A stretch of 64,000 nt of DNA from Gemmatimonadota bacterium (GCA_031394255.1 JANMXA010000173.1:4763-68762); one strand, 5' to 3'; counted from the stretch's first letter, positions 9,854 to 18,214 are shown. Program-made: numbers and translations. Notes: generated by a model not told the origin, from the sequence alone.

Positions 9854-10404
9854 CCGAGTTTGATCTCGCGGCGAACCGCATAGGTCGGCCCAGATGGCGT
9901 GAGTTCGCTCTCGAACAGCACGACCCGGTCGGCGAGAAAGGCGGTGCCCTCCGGAATCCGTTCCAGTTCGCTCTGCCAGCCGGCCTGCAGCCGCTGCCCC
10001 TCGCGGACTCGACCGAGTGTGACGTGAGGGCGGAACGGCCTGCCTTCCGGTGGAAAGCCAAGCTGCTCCGCACCCCGTTCGATCCGATCCTGCAACAATT
10101 CGCAGCTCGGGTCGGCGTCCACGCCGAGATTGATCACCCGAGGCTGTCGCGCACCCGATGGGAAGACCCCGGTGCCAGCGAGCCGAAACGTCATCGGCGT
10201 CATGCCCACGGTCGCGAAATCCAGCATCTCGACGATAGCGTCGACCCGATCCGTGGTGACCTCACCGAAGAATTTGAGGGTCAGATGAAGTCCCTCTTCC
10301 CGGACCCAGCGAACGGGCCAGTCATGTTCCTTGAGACGGCGCAGCACCGCACCAACTTCGGCGCGGGCCTCCTCCACCAACGGTACCGCAATGAACAGTC
10401 GCAT
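9850..10404 (-). CDS. thpR: RNA 2',3'-cyclic phosphodiesterase (2H phosphoesterase, ThpR/LigT)
   Basis: Two H-x-T-x motifs ('GLHLTLKFFG' and 'RPHVTLGRV') in a 184-aa protein starting 'MRLFIAV'. Confidence 0.85.
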   Translation of the reverse strand: MRLFIAVPLVEEARAEVGAVLRRLKEHDWPVRWVREEGLHLTLKFFGEVTTDRVDAIVEMLDFATVGMTPMTFRLAGTGVFPSGARQPRVINLGVDADPSCELLQDRIERGAEQLGFPPEGRPFRPHVTLGRVREGQRLQAGWQSELERIPEGTAFLADRVVLFESELTPSGPTYAVRREIKLG

Positions 10405-11199
10405 TCAGGCCAGGGGCAGCAGGTTGCCCCGGCGATACCCCGCCGGGTCGAGTTCGACCCGCTGGAACCCCAGCGCGACGAATCGGTCTTCAATCGCGGG
10501 CCAGTGACTCACAACGACGGGAAACATGGCAGGGCCGACCTCGATCCGCGCCTGGTCGCCGAGATGCCGCACCCGCAGGTCCCCGATCACGCCCAGCGTA
10601 CGGAGCAGTTCCTCGGCGAGTTCCACCTGCCGGAGCCTCGGTTCGGTGACCTCCAGGCCGTACCGGATCCGACTGGCCAGGCAGGGCGCCGCCGGCGCAT
10701 CCCAGATCGGGAGACCTGCCTCACGAGCGACCTGGCGGACATCAGCCTTGCTCCACCCAAGCTCCAGATAGGGCGAGCGAATCTGTCGTTCCGTGCCCGC
10801 CTGCGCCCCGGGTCGGTGATCGGCCTGGTCATCGACGTTGGTCCCGTCGATGATGGTCGCAATCCCCCGGGCGATCGCGACTTCTCCCAGCCGGGCCCAA
10901 AGTTCCGACTTGCAGTAGTAGCATCGATTCGGGGCGTTGGCCCGGTACCCCGGGTCGTCCAGTTCGCCGGTCGACACCTCGACCAGAGGAACGTCAAAGG
11001 TGGCGGCCAGGTCCCTGGCCTGGCGCCACTGAGCTTCCGGCAGCGAGGCACTTCGACCGATCGCGGCCAGGAACCGTGGCGCACCGATAGCCTGGGTACC
11101 GACCACCGCCAGCACGGCCGAGTCGACCCCGCCGGAGTATCCCAGCAAGACCGACGCCTGGTCCCGGAACCACCCCTCCAGATCCGATCGATGCGCCAT
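10405..11199 (-). CDS. larE: PP-loop ATP-utilising enzyme, LarE / TIGR00268 family
   Basis: PP-loop 'YSGGVDSAVL', 'RCYYCK', and 'CLASRIRYG' near the C-terminus. Start at Met 11199, which avoids start-codon collision with arfB. Confidence 0.8.
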   Translation of the reverse strand: MAHRSDLEGWFRDQASVLLGYSGGVDSAVLAVVGTQAIGAPRFLAAIGRSASLPEAQWRQARDLAATFDVPLVEVSTGELDDPGYRANAPNRCYYCKSELWARLGEVAIARGIATIIDGTNVDDQADHRPGAQAGTERQIRSPYLELGWSKADVRQVAREAGLPIWDAPAAPCLASRIRYGLEVTEPRLRQVELAEELLRTLGVIGDLRVRHLGDQARIEVGPAMFPVVVSHWPAIEDRFVALGFQRVELDPAGYRRGNLLPLA

Positions 11200-11234
11200 G
11201 TCGGAAACGTAACGGCGATTGTAGTTTCGTCTCA

Positions 11235-11648
11235 ATGACCGGGCCCGACTTCGCCCTTCCCGACGCCGAACTGGAATTCCGGGCCAGCCGCTCCGGCGGG
11301 CCCGGCGGCCAGCATGTCAACACCTCGTCCACCCGGGCCGAAGTGAGCTGGCAGGTCACCGCCACCTCCGCCCTCTCGGCCGAACAGCGGGCCCGGGTCG
11401 TGGCCCGTCTGGGCAGCCGGATCGATGGCGAGGGATGGCTCCGGGTCTACTCCAGCGAAACGCGGAGTCAGTTCAGGAACCGGGAATTGGCCCGCCAGCG
11501 ACTGGAAGAACTGATTCGAGAGGCGCTGATTCCCCCGAAGCGTCGGAAGGCGACCCGGGTACCGTTCGGCGAGAAGAAACGCCGCCTGGAACAGAAGCGT
11601 CGCCGCGGCACGACCAAGCAGGATCGCCGCCCCCCGGACCATGACTGA
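11235..11648 (+). CDS. arfB: alternative ribosome-rescue factor ArfB (peptidyl-tRNA hydrolase)
   Basis: GGQ motif 'SGGPGGQHVNTSST' plus a basic C-terminal tail (KRRKATR...KRRRGTTKQDRR). 137 aa. Confidence 0.85.
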   Translation: MTGPDFALPDAELEFRASRSGGPGGQHVNTSSTRAEVSWQVTATSALSAEQRARVVARLGSRIDGEGWLRVYSSETRSQFRNRELARQRLEELIREALIPPKRRKATRVPFGEKKRRLEQKRRRGTTKQDRRPPDHD

Positions 11649-11961
11649 CGGCGGGGCGGTGGTATGGCGCTACTTCCGGAGCCGCGAGGTCCGCGAAGCG
11701 AGAGCCTGGGCTGCGGAAGGCGGCCTGGCGGTCCACGAGAACATCTTCAAATCCCGGGGCCGCCGAACCTGTCACCTTCTGGCCGTCGACGAGACCACCC
11801 TCATCGAAGCCGCCGTCTCACTCGGCTGTTCGGTCTGGTGGATTCAGCGGACCCGCACCATCCACTTTGATCTGGTCGAAGTTCATCTCGAGCGGGCGCT
11901 CGAACGATGCGGCCTCATCGCCGCTTCGGAGCCGAACCGGTTCGCAGCGCCTTCGGAATGA
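11641..11961 (+). CDS. hypothetical protein (DUF4031-like)
   Basis: 106-aa ORF overlapping the arfB stop by 8 nt. 'CHLLAVDETTLIEAAVSLGCS..W....R.IHFDL' resembles the DUF4031 pattern. Assigned from memory, unverified. Confidence 0.5.
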   Translation: MTDGGAVVWRYFRSREVREARAWAAEGGLAVHENIFKSRGRRTCHLLAVDETTLIEAAVSLGCSVWWIQRTRTIHFDLVEVHLERALERCGLIAASEPNRFAAPSE

Positions 11962-12547
11962 CCAACCGATCGGCGGAATGAGTCTCTGAGAACCGCATCA
12001 CCTTGTTGGCCACCAGGCCGAACGCCTTCGCCGCGGCAAAGATCTCGACGTCCTGGACCTCGGTCTTCCCCCGCCGATGCACGACCCAGATCCCGCCGGA
12101 CGGATCAATGCGGTCCCGGCCCTGACCGAGTTTTCCCAGATCGTCAACGTCATCGACCCCGAGCAAGACGACGGTTGATCCCTGCCGAACCCGGCCCCGG
12201 CTCACGATGGCGCCGGACCCGGCAAGCTCCGTGATGAACCCGGGATCCGTCACACCCACCACCGAGACGACGCTGCCTCCACGGATCCCCAGCTTGTCGA
12301 GCCGGCTCCGGGGGCGCTGAACCCGCTCGACCCACGCGGGAGCCTCGGCGCCAACGTCGAAGCGCATCGCGCCACCGGAATACTCGACCGTCAGTCGACC
12401 GGCGCGGGCCCGGATCGCGGTGATCGAAGAGAACGGTATCCTGACCCGGGCCGGCCCCCGGAAGATCAACTCGTCGGACTCGAGCAGCAGGCGTCCCTCA
12501 CCGGACCCCGCCGTACCCTCACCGTAGCAAACGGCTTCCTTGCCCAT
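11915..12547 (-). CDS. DUF3052 domain-containing protein
   Basis: 210 aa. 'LDKLGIRGGSVVSVVGV', 'GGIWVVHRRGK' and 'EIFAAAKAFGLVANKVMRFSETHSA' fit DUF3052. Confidence 0.7.
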   Translation of the reverse strand: MGKEAVCYGEGTAGSGEGRLLLESDELIFRGPARVRIPFSSITAIRARAGRLTVEYSGGAMRFDVGAEAPAWVERVQRPRSRLDKLGIRGGSVVSVVGVTDPGFITELAGSGAIVSRGRVRQGSTVVLLGVDDVDDLGKLGQGRDRIDPSGGIWVVHRRGKTEVQDVEIFAAAKAFGLVANKVMRFSETHSADRLVIPKALRTGSAPKRR

Positions 12548-12563
12548 GGGGTGCCCGCCTCAT

Positions 12564-13121
12564 TCAGCGCTTCACGTCGGCCGCCAGTTGGCGACGGACG
12601 TTCAGCCGATGTCCGAGATCCCGGGCCAGACCGTCAATGCGGCCACGATCGCCCCCCAGCAGCCCGGCGATGGATCGGCTCAGGGGATTTGCAATGCGCC
12701 GCTCCTCGACCACCGTGACCTCGACGCCACGGTCCGCCCGGGCGATCCGATAGACCCAGCGGCGCTCGTTGGTCGCCGGTCCGACCTGCCGGACCACCAG
12801 ACGGGACGGCGCCGCCGACTCGACCGATTCGAAGGCCGTTGCCCGGCCCCACGGCCCGACCTCGCGCCAGCGAACACCAGTATCGCCATCCGGGAGCCGT
12901 TCCAATCCGGCCAGATCCCGACGCCAATCCGGCATGCCGTCCAGGTCCGTCAATACGGCCCAGACCGTCTCGGCCGTCGAGGGCAGGAACATCCGGACTT
13001 CCTCCCGGTGGACATCGGGCAACGCGAACCCCGCGAGCCACAGCGCCGCCAGCAGGGCCGGTGGTCCAACGAGCAGCAGTTTCCGGATCTGGGTACGGCG
13101 GCGGCGCTGGCGACGATTCAT
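12564..13121 (-). CDS. SRPBCC (polyketide cyclase/START-like) family protein with N-terminal TM anchor
   Basis: Real start is the internal Met 'MNRRQRRRR' (ATG ending 13121, ATGA overlap with the marR stop). 'STAETVWAVLTDLDGMPDWR' is SRPBCC-like. The 5' part of the 350-aa ORF is out-of-frame MarR sequence. Confidence 0.7.
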   Translation of the reverse strand: MNRRQRRRRTQIRKLLLVGPPALLAALWLAGFALPDVHREEVRMFLPSTAETVWAVLTDLDGMPDWRRDLAGLERLPDGDTGVRWREVGPWGRATAFESVESAAPSRLVVRQVGPATNERRWVYRIARADRGVEVTVVEERRIANPLSRSIAGLLGGDRGRIDGLARDLGHRLNVRRQLAADVKR

Positions 13122-13588
13122 GATCGGCCTCGGCTCGATGAACGGTTGGGAGAGACTTTCTGGGCGGCCCGGGCGAGGGTGACGAGCCCCTCGACGCCCG
13201 CGGCCCGCTCGGCCGGCGTCAGGGCGGCCAGGAGCAGTCGAATGCGGTCGGGATCGAGGAGCGAGCGGCCGCGAACCGCCTTGGAGCCGGTCTCGGTCAG
13301 CCGGAGCAAGACTCGGCGGCCATCGCTGGGGTCGCGATCGCGGCGGACCAGGGCGGCCCGTTCGAGGCGATCGACCAGCAGCGACATGGTCGGCATCGCG
13401 ACCTCCATCAGGCCGGCCAACTCCGTCATGGTCGTCCCTTCGACGGCTCCCAGCTGGGCAAGGACCGTCGCGTGGTGGGCGCTGACCCGGGCGCCGGCCG
13501 GCCCCTTCACATCGCGCTGGCGCAGCGCGTGGTGAAGAAGCGGGTAGGCGGCGAGGATCTGGCCGACGGGGTCGCGGGTCACCTTCAC
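13118..13588 (-). CDS. MarR family transcriptional regulator
   Basis: Winged-HTH 'TMTELAGLMEVAMPTMSLLVDRLERAALVRRDRDPSDGRRVLLRLTETG'. GTG start (13588, or second GTG at 13582). Confidence 0.85.
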   Translation of the reverse strand: MKVTRDPVGQILAAYPLLHHALRQRDVKGPAGARVSAHHATVLAQLGAVEGTTMTELAGLMEVAMPTMSLLVDRLERAALVRRDRDPSDGRRVLLRLTETGSKAVRGRSLLDPDRIRLLLAALTPAERAAGVEGLVTLARAAQKVSPNRSSSRGRS

Positions 13589-13616
13589 AATCTAGGATAT
13601 TATTTTTATTTGTCAA
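13589..13616 (-). promoter_or_regulatory. candidate sigma-70 promoter of the marR operon (minus strand TTGACA - 16 nt - TAGATT)
   Basis: Reverse complement reads TTGACA (13616-13611), 16-nt spacer, TAGATT (13594-13589). The -10 abuts the GTG start codons, so the transcript may be leaderless. Confidence 0.4.
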
Positions 13617-13620
13617 ATAA
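13606..13620. promoter_or_regulatory. 15-bp perfect palindrome TTATTTG-T-CAAATAA, candidate MarR operator
   Basis: Read directly in the AT-rich divergent intergenic region. It overlaps the putative -35. A second 10-bp palindrome, TCATCGATGA, lies at 13626-13635. Confidence 0.5.
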
Positions 13621-13698
13621 AACTATCATCGATGAGAAACCGGGATCCCCTTGCTCCCGTCGGGACAAAAGCCCTAGAGTTCTCGTGAAGGAGCGCCC

Positions 13699-14370
13699 GT
13701 GGCACGTTTCATCTTGATCGAGTCAGAACGCAGGCGCCCCGGAAGGAGCGCCCTGATCAGCCTCCTCGTCCACGGGTCGCTGATCCTCCCCGTTGTGATT
13801 CAGCATCAGGTCAACCGACCCTCCACCGACCCGATCGATCAAATGGTGGTGTTCCTGGTGCCGCCCGATCGCCCCACCGGCGGCGAAAGCCACGGAAGCG
13901 GCGTCGATTGGTCCGGACTGGTCGGGGACCATGGCGCAACCAAAGCCCCCCTGCCCCGGGATCCCAAGCCCGACGAAGTGATCTCCCTCGGCCCGGCAGG
14001 CGATTCCACGCCGGCCGAACCCGAGGCCCCCCGGGCACCCCATGAGGAGACCGCGCTCACCGAGATCGAGGTCGATTCGGCCGTCGTACGGGACGCCAGC
14101 AGCGCGGCCCCGATCTATCCCCCCGCCCTGCTGACGAAAGGCGTCGAAGGCGCTACCTTCGTCCACTACGTCGTCGACACCCTCGGACAGGTGGATACCA
14201 CCACGATCCAGGTCATCCGCACCACCCACCCCGAGTTCGCCGATGCCGTCAGACAGGCCCTCGCCATCATGAAGTTCCACCCGGCAATCCAGACCTCCCG
14301 GCGCGTCCGCCAGTGGGTCCAGCAGAATTTTTCGTTTCGCATCAACCGACCCCGGCCGGACTCGACGTGA
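13699..14370 (+). CDS. TonB C-terminal domain (energy transducer) family protein
   Basis: GTG start preceded by AAGGAG (13688-13693). N-terminal TM, Pro-rich linker, and C-terminal 'PIYPPALLTKGVEGATFVHYVVDTLGQVD...FHPA...RRVRQWVQQNFSF' (TonB_C). Confidence 0.75.
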   Translation: MARFILIESERRRPGRSALISLLVHGSLILPVVIQHQVNRPSTDPIDQMVVFLVPPDRPTGGESHGSGVDWSGLVGDHGATKAPLPRDPKPDEVISLGPAGDSTPAEPEAPRAPHEETALTEIEVDSAVVRDASSAAPIYPPALLTKGVEGATFVHYVVDTLGQVDTTTIQVIRTTHPEFADAVRQALAIMKFHPAIQTSRRVRQWVQQNFSFRINRPRPDST

Positions 14371-15128
14371 CCACGATCGACCTGAACGCTGATCTCGGCG
14401 AGGGCTTCGGGCGCTACCGCCTCGACTCGGACGCCGAACTGCTTTCACTGGTGAGCTCCGCCAACGTGGCGTGCGGCTTCCATGCCGGAGATCCGTTGGT
14501 CATGAGGGAAACCGTCTCCCGGGCCGTGGCCCGGCGGGTGGTCATCGGGGCCCACCCGTCGTATCCGGACCTCATGGGGTTTGGTCGCCGCGATCTGGCC
14601 GCCTCCCCCGAGGAAATCGAGGCCTACGTCGTCTATCAGGTCGGCGCCCTCGCGGCGTTCTGCGGGGCCCACGGCGCCAGGCTCCGCTACGTCAAACCCC
14701 ATGGGGCTCTCTACAACCGCGCGGCTCGCGACGGTGCTGCTGCCCGCGCGATTGCCCGGGCAATCCGCAGTACTGACCCGACGCTGATCCTCCTCGGCCT
14801 GGACGGCACGGCGATGCTGACCGAGGCCGCGGCCGAAGGCGTCGATGTCGCCCGCGAGGCGTTCGTCGATCGAGCCTACCAGCCCGACGGCCATCTCGTG
14901 CCGCGGACCCAGGCCGGGGCGGTCCTCGACGACATTCCGGTGATTGTCGAACGGGCCGTGCGGATGGTGACGGAACGCTTCGTGATCGCCATCGACGGCA
15001 CTCGACGGATCGTCCGGCCCGATTCGCTCTGCGTCCACGGGGACGGACCGCACGCCGTCGCCATCGTCCGGGCTCTCCGGGAACGGTTCGACGCCCTCGG
15101 AATCGACGTCGCCCCCTTCGCACGGTGA
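14367..15128 (+). CDS. pxpA: 5-oxoprolinase subunit PxpA (LamB/YcsF family)
   Basis: 'IDLNADLGEGFG', 'ANVACGFHAGDP' and 'YVKPHGALYN'. GTG start overlaps the upstream stop (GTGA). Confidence 0.85.
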   Translation: MTTIDLNADLGEGFGRYRLDSDAELLSLVSSANVACGFHAGDPLVMRETVSRAVARRVVIGAHPSYPDLMGFGRRDLAASPEEIEAYVVYQVGALAAFCGAHGARLRYVKPHGALYNRAARDGAAARAIARAIRSTDPTLILLGLDGTAMLTEAAAEGVDVAREAFVDRAYQPDGHLVPRTQAGAVLDDIPVIVERAVRMVTERFVIAIDGTRRIVRPDSLCVHGDGPHAVAIVRALRERFDALGIDVAPFAR

Positions 15129-15775
15129 CGGTACCACACCCTCGCATCGCGCCTCTGGGCGATGCGGCCCTGACGATGACCTGGAGTGATACGATCAGCC
15201 CGGATGTCGAAGCCCTGGTCCGCCAGGCGTTGTCGGCGCTTCGGGTAAAACTCGGCCCCGACGTCGAGCTCGTCCCCGGCTACACCACCATCACCGCGCA
15301 CTACCGGACGACGGACTGGACGTATCCGTCGCTGCGGGACGCCCTGACGCCCGTCCTCAGCCACCCGGGGGGGGGCGGGGCCCCGGCGGGGGGCCGCCTC
15401 ATCGAGATTCCGGTTCGCTACGACGGTCCTGATCTCGAAGCAGTAGCCGTTCAGACCGGCCTCTCGGTCGGGGAAGTCGTCACCCGTCACACGGCCACCG
15501 AATACCGGGTTGCGCTGCTCGGGTTCGTCCCCGGCTGGGCGTATCTGAGCCAGCTCGACCCCGCACTGGTCCTGCCCCGCCGAACCACGCCCCGGCCGAG
15601 GGTGCCGGCCGGTTCCGTGGCGATCGCGGGAGCCCAGACCGGGGTCTACCCAGCCGAGACGCCCGGCGGCTGGCATCTGATCGGACGGACAACGGCCTTG
15701 ATGTTCGACCCGACCCGAACCCCGCCCGCCCTCCTCGCCGTTGGCGACCGAGTTCGGTTCGTGGCGGAGGCATAG
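15125..15775 (+). CDS. pxpB: 5-oxoprolinase subunit PxpB (KipI / allophanate hydrolase subunit 1 family)
   Basis: 'IEIPVRYDGPDLEAVA', 'FVPGWAYL' and 'GSVAIAGAQTGVYPAETPGGWHLIGRT'. GTGA overlap with pxpA. Confidence 0.85.
   Translation: MTVPHPRIAPLGDAALTMTWSDTISPDVEALVRQALSALRVKLGPDVELVPGYTTITAHYRTTDWTYPSLRDALTPVLSHPGGGGAPAGGRLIEIPVRYDGPDLEAVAVQTGLSVGEVVTRHTATEYRVALLGFVPGWAYLSQLDPALVLPRRTTPRPRVPAGSVAIAGAQTGVYPAETPGGWHLIGRTTALMFDPTRTPPALLAVGDRVRFVAEA
15367..15393 (+). repeat. G-run cluster inside pxpB (G9-C-G4-CCCCGGC-G6), formal G-quadruplex motif / homopolymer
   Basis: Read directly: gggggggggcggggccccggcgggggg. Encodes PGGGGAPAGG. Confidence 0.6.
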
Positions 15776-15779
15776 ACGG

Positions 15780-16712
15780 ATGCGACTCCTTCGGGCCGGG
15801 GGGCTCGCGACCGTGCAGGACCTGGGGTGGATTGGTTACCGCTCGATCGGACTGCCGCCGGGAGGCGCAGCCGATCGGGCCAGCCTCCGGATCGGCAATG
15901 CCCTCGCCGGGAACGCCGACGGCCTGGCGGGCCTCGAGATCGCCCTGGGTGAGGTGGAGTTCGAATTTGAACATGACCGGGTGTTCGCGGCCACCGGCGC
16001 GGTCGGAACCCTCCACCTCGATGGCACCGAGGTTCCCGGCTGGACCACCGTGGCCGCGCGGGCGGGACAACGATGCCGGCTCGCCCCCGATCGCCACGGC
16101 CGCTTCGCCTACCTGGCCGTTGGCGGCGGCATCGACGTGCCGGCAATGTTAGGCAGCCGGGCAACGTATCTGCCCGGCAGCCTTGGCGGCTATCAGGGGC
16201 GGCGACTGGCCGCCGGAGACCGCCTGCCCCTTGGAGCGATCGTGGCGGCGATCCGTGTCGGCACGACCGGGCGAATGCCCGCCGCCACCGGGCCGGTCCG
16301 CATTGCGGCCGGACCGCAGGAGCGGTTCTTCGTCGCCCGCGCCTTCGAGACGATGGTGGCCGCGCCGTACCGGCTCTCGCCGATGTCCGACCGGATGGGT
16401 TCCCGCCTCACGGGAGCGCCTGTCCAGGCCGAACGGAAGGCCACCTTGCCGTCCGAGAGCACCGCGGTCGGTGCCATTCAGGTACCCGACGATGGCCAGC
16501 CGATCGTCATCCTGGCCGACGGCCCGACGGTCGGAGGGTATCTCAAGATCGGTGTCGTGATCACAGCCGACCTCAATCGGTTCGCCCAGGTTCCGCTCGG
16601 GGGCGAGGTCGTCTTTGCCTGGGTGGCGCTGGCCGAGGCCCAGCGGGTCTCGAGACAGGCGGCGGAGAACCTGGCCAGACTGCTCAGTGAGATTCGGACG
16701 GCGGTTCGGTAA
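15780..16712 (+). CDS. pxpC: 5-oxoprolinase subunit PxpC (KipA / allophanate hydrolase subunit 2 family)
   Basis: 'MRLLRAGGLATVQDLGWIGYRSIGLPPGGAAD' and 'GAIQVPDDGQPIVILADGPTVGGYLKIG'. ATG at 15780. Confidence 0.85.
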   Translation: MRLLRAGGLATVQDLGWIGYRSIGLPPGGAADRASLRIGNALAGNADGLAGLEIALGEVEFEFEHDRVFAATGAVGTLHLDGTEVPGWTTVAARAGQRCRLAPDRHGRFAYLAVGGGIDVPAMLGSRATYLPGSLGGYQGRRLAAGDRLPLGAIVAAIRVGTTGRMPAATGPVRIAAGPQERFFVARAFETMVAAPYRLSPMSDRMGSRLTGAPVQAERKATLPSESTAVGAIQVPDDGQPIVILADGPTVGGYLKIGVVITADLNRFAQVPLGGEVVFAWVALAEAQRVSRQAAENLARLLSEIRTAVR

Positions 16713-17631
16713 GGTCCAAAGCCGCCCAACCGGGACCGCAACGGGGCCGGGAACAATCCGGACTTGTCCCGTTCGAATATCGCAGGTCGAAGACGCGGGC
16801 AGTCCCCCGGGCGGGGTCTCGGAGCAAGGCCGGGATCCGACTCCAGTGCACGAATGCCGCCCCTTCTCGCGTGCGCCGGAGCTGGGCGAGGGCGCCGGCG
16901 AGGCCCTCTCCTTTGGGCACAGTCGGCCCTTCGGATAGCTGGCGCGTGACGAGGCTGAGCCGGCCGGTTCGGTAGTGGTCCCCGTCGTCCAGCACAAAGC
17001 TCCGTATCAGCGGGTCGACTGGGACAGGGGCGACCATCAGCCCCGGTGCGTCCGCCTGGACTTGGAGCGCCCCGGCCGCGACCTGCCGCCCCCACTGGGT
17101 ACCCGCCATCATGGCCCCGATGTAGATCGCAGCGACGGCCAGGGCCGCAACGGCGGGCTGCGCCGCGTCGAGCCGGCCCTGGCGCCAGCGTCTGGCGCTG
17201 AGCCAGGTCCCGGCGCCAAGCGCCAGATACAGCCAAGGGTCGACGATGAACAGTGTGTCGCCGTAATACCAGCGATCGACGATGGGCATAAACCAGCGAA
17301 GCCCGTAGTTGTTGAGGTAGTCGAGAAATGGATGCGACACGACACCGACCGCCGCCATGACCGCAAGCCGCCAGAACCGGGGGGCGCCACCCTGGCGTCG
17401 CTCCCACCAGGCCGCCAGCGCCGCGAGCAGAAAGGGCCAGACCAGCAGCGCGGGCACCCCGTGGGTCAAGCCACGGCGCCATTCGAGATTGCGTCCCGCT
17501 ACCGCGGCCACGATATCGATGTCCGGGGCGTTGGCGGCCAGGACCAGCAGAGCCGTGGCCCGCGGAGTCCAGCGGCGGAAACCCGCGAACGACAGACTGG
17601 TACCGACCAGCGTGTGACAAATCGGGTCCAC
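16684..17631 (-). CDS. membrane-bound metal-dependent hydrolase (YdjM/DUF457 family)
   Basis: 'VDPICHTLVG', 'NAPDIDI', 'HRGLTHG'-like 'RRGLTHG' and 'SHPFLDYLNNYG' motifs. Start uncertain (GTG at 17631 or 17657). The 5' part of the 437-aa ORF is not family-like. Confidence 0.65.
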   Translation of the reverse strand: MDPICHTLVGTSLSFAGFRRWTPRATALLVLAANAPDIDIVAAVAGRNLEWRRGLTHGVPALLVWPFLLAALAAWWERRQGGAPRFWRLAVMAAVGVVSHPFLDYLNNYGLRWFMPIVDRWYYGDTLFIVDPWLYLALGAGTWLSARRWRQGRLDAAQPAVAALAVAAIYIGAMMAGTQWGRQVAAGALQVQADAPGLMVAPVPVDPLIRSFVLDDGDHYRTGRLSLVTRQLSEGPTVPKGEGLAGALAQLRRTREGAAFVHWSRIPALLRDPARGTARVFDLRYSNGTSPDCSRPRCGPGWAALDLTEPPSESH

Positions 17632-17692
17632 AGGGTCTCGCCGTTTGAGGATGGGCACTAATATTCGCCGGTCGAACAGCCTCGGGGAACCT

Positions 17693-18214
17693 ATGCGACA
17701 TGGATGGCTTGGGGCGTTGTTGATGATCGCGCTCTGTTCAAGGCTCGAAGCACAGGAGTTGGTCAAGACCGACTGGGGCACCTTCAACTTCGAGCGCGAC
17801 CTTGGCGCCATGAGCGGTATGGTGGCCGGCCCGGCGGATTCGGTCTTCCGAGTCCTTATGGGCGTGTTTGCCGGATTCGGACTGCCGGCCAAAGACGAAG
17901 ACAGCGCCAATTTCAGTTTCAAGGCCAGCCGTTTCAAGGTCATGCGGAGGCTGGGCAAACAGCCCGTTTCGCATTTCCTGAGCTGCGGGGAGGGCATCGT
18001 GGGCCCAAACGCCGACTCCTGGACCGTCTTTCTGAACTACGCGGTGCAACTGATGCCCGTGCCGGGCAACAAGGCCCGGCTTCAAATGGCGCTGAGCGCC
18101 GAGGCCATCGACATCCCGAATGGCGGAAGCGTGCGACTGCCCTGCGCTACCACCGGGCAGCTGGAATACGAGGTACTCCGGCAGCTCCGAGAAGCATTCC
18201 CGGGCACGAAATGA
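17693..18214 (+). CDS. hypothetical secreted protein
   Basis: Internal Met gives signal peptide MRHGWLGALLMIALCSRLEAQ. No family recognised. Confidence 0.5.
   Translation: MRHGWLGALLMIALCSRLEAQELVKTDWGTFNFERDLGAMSGMVAGPADSVFRVLMGVFAGFGLPAKDEDSANFSFKASRFKVMRRLGKQPVSHFLSCGEGIVGPNADSWTVFLNYAVQLMPVPGNKARLQMALSAEAIDIPNGGSVRLPCATTGQLEYEVLRQLREAFPGTK

Noticed and set aside
13699-13720. TGGCAC at 13700-13705, considered as a sigma-54 -24 element (an NtrC-type activator is present in the window)
   Set aside because: The -12 TTGC element is missing at the required spacing, and the sequence is the first codons of the TonB-like gene.
16149-17701. ORFs 16149-16997 (282 aa) and 16478-17701 (407 aa) on the minus strand
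   Set aside because: These are alternative frames over pxpC and the YdjM-type hydrolase. They are extremely Arg/Pro/Gly-rich and have no motifs. The hydrolase frame (16684-17631) carries the family His/Asp motifs.
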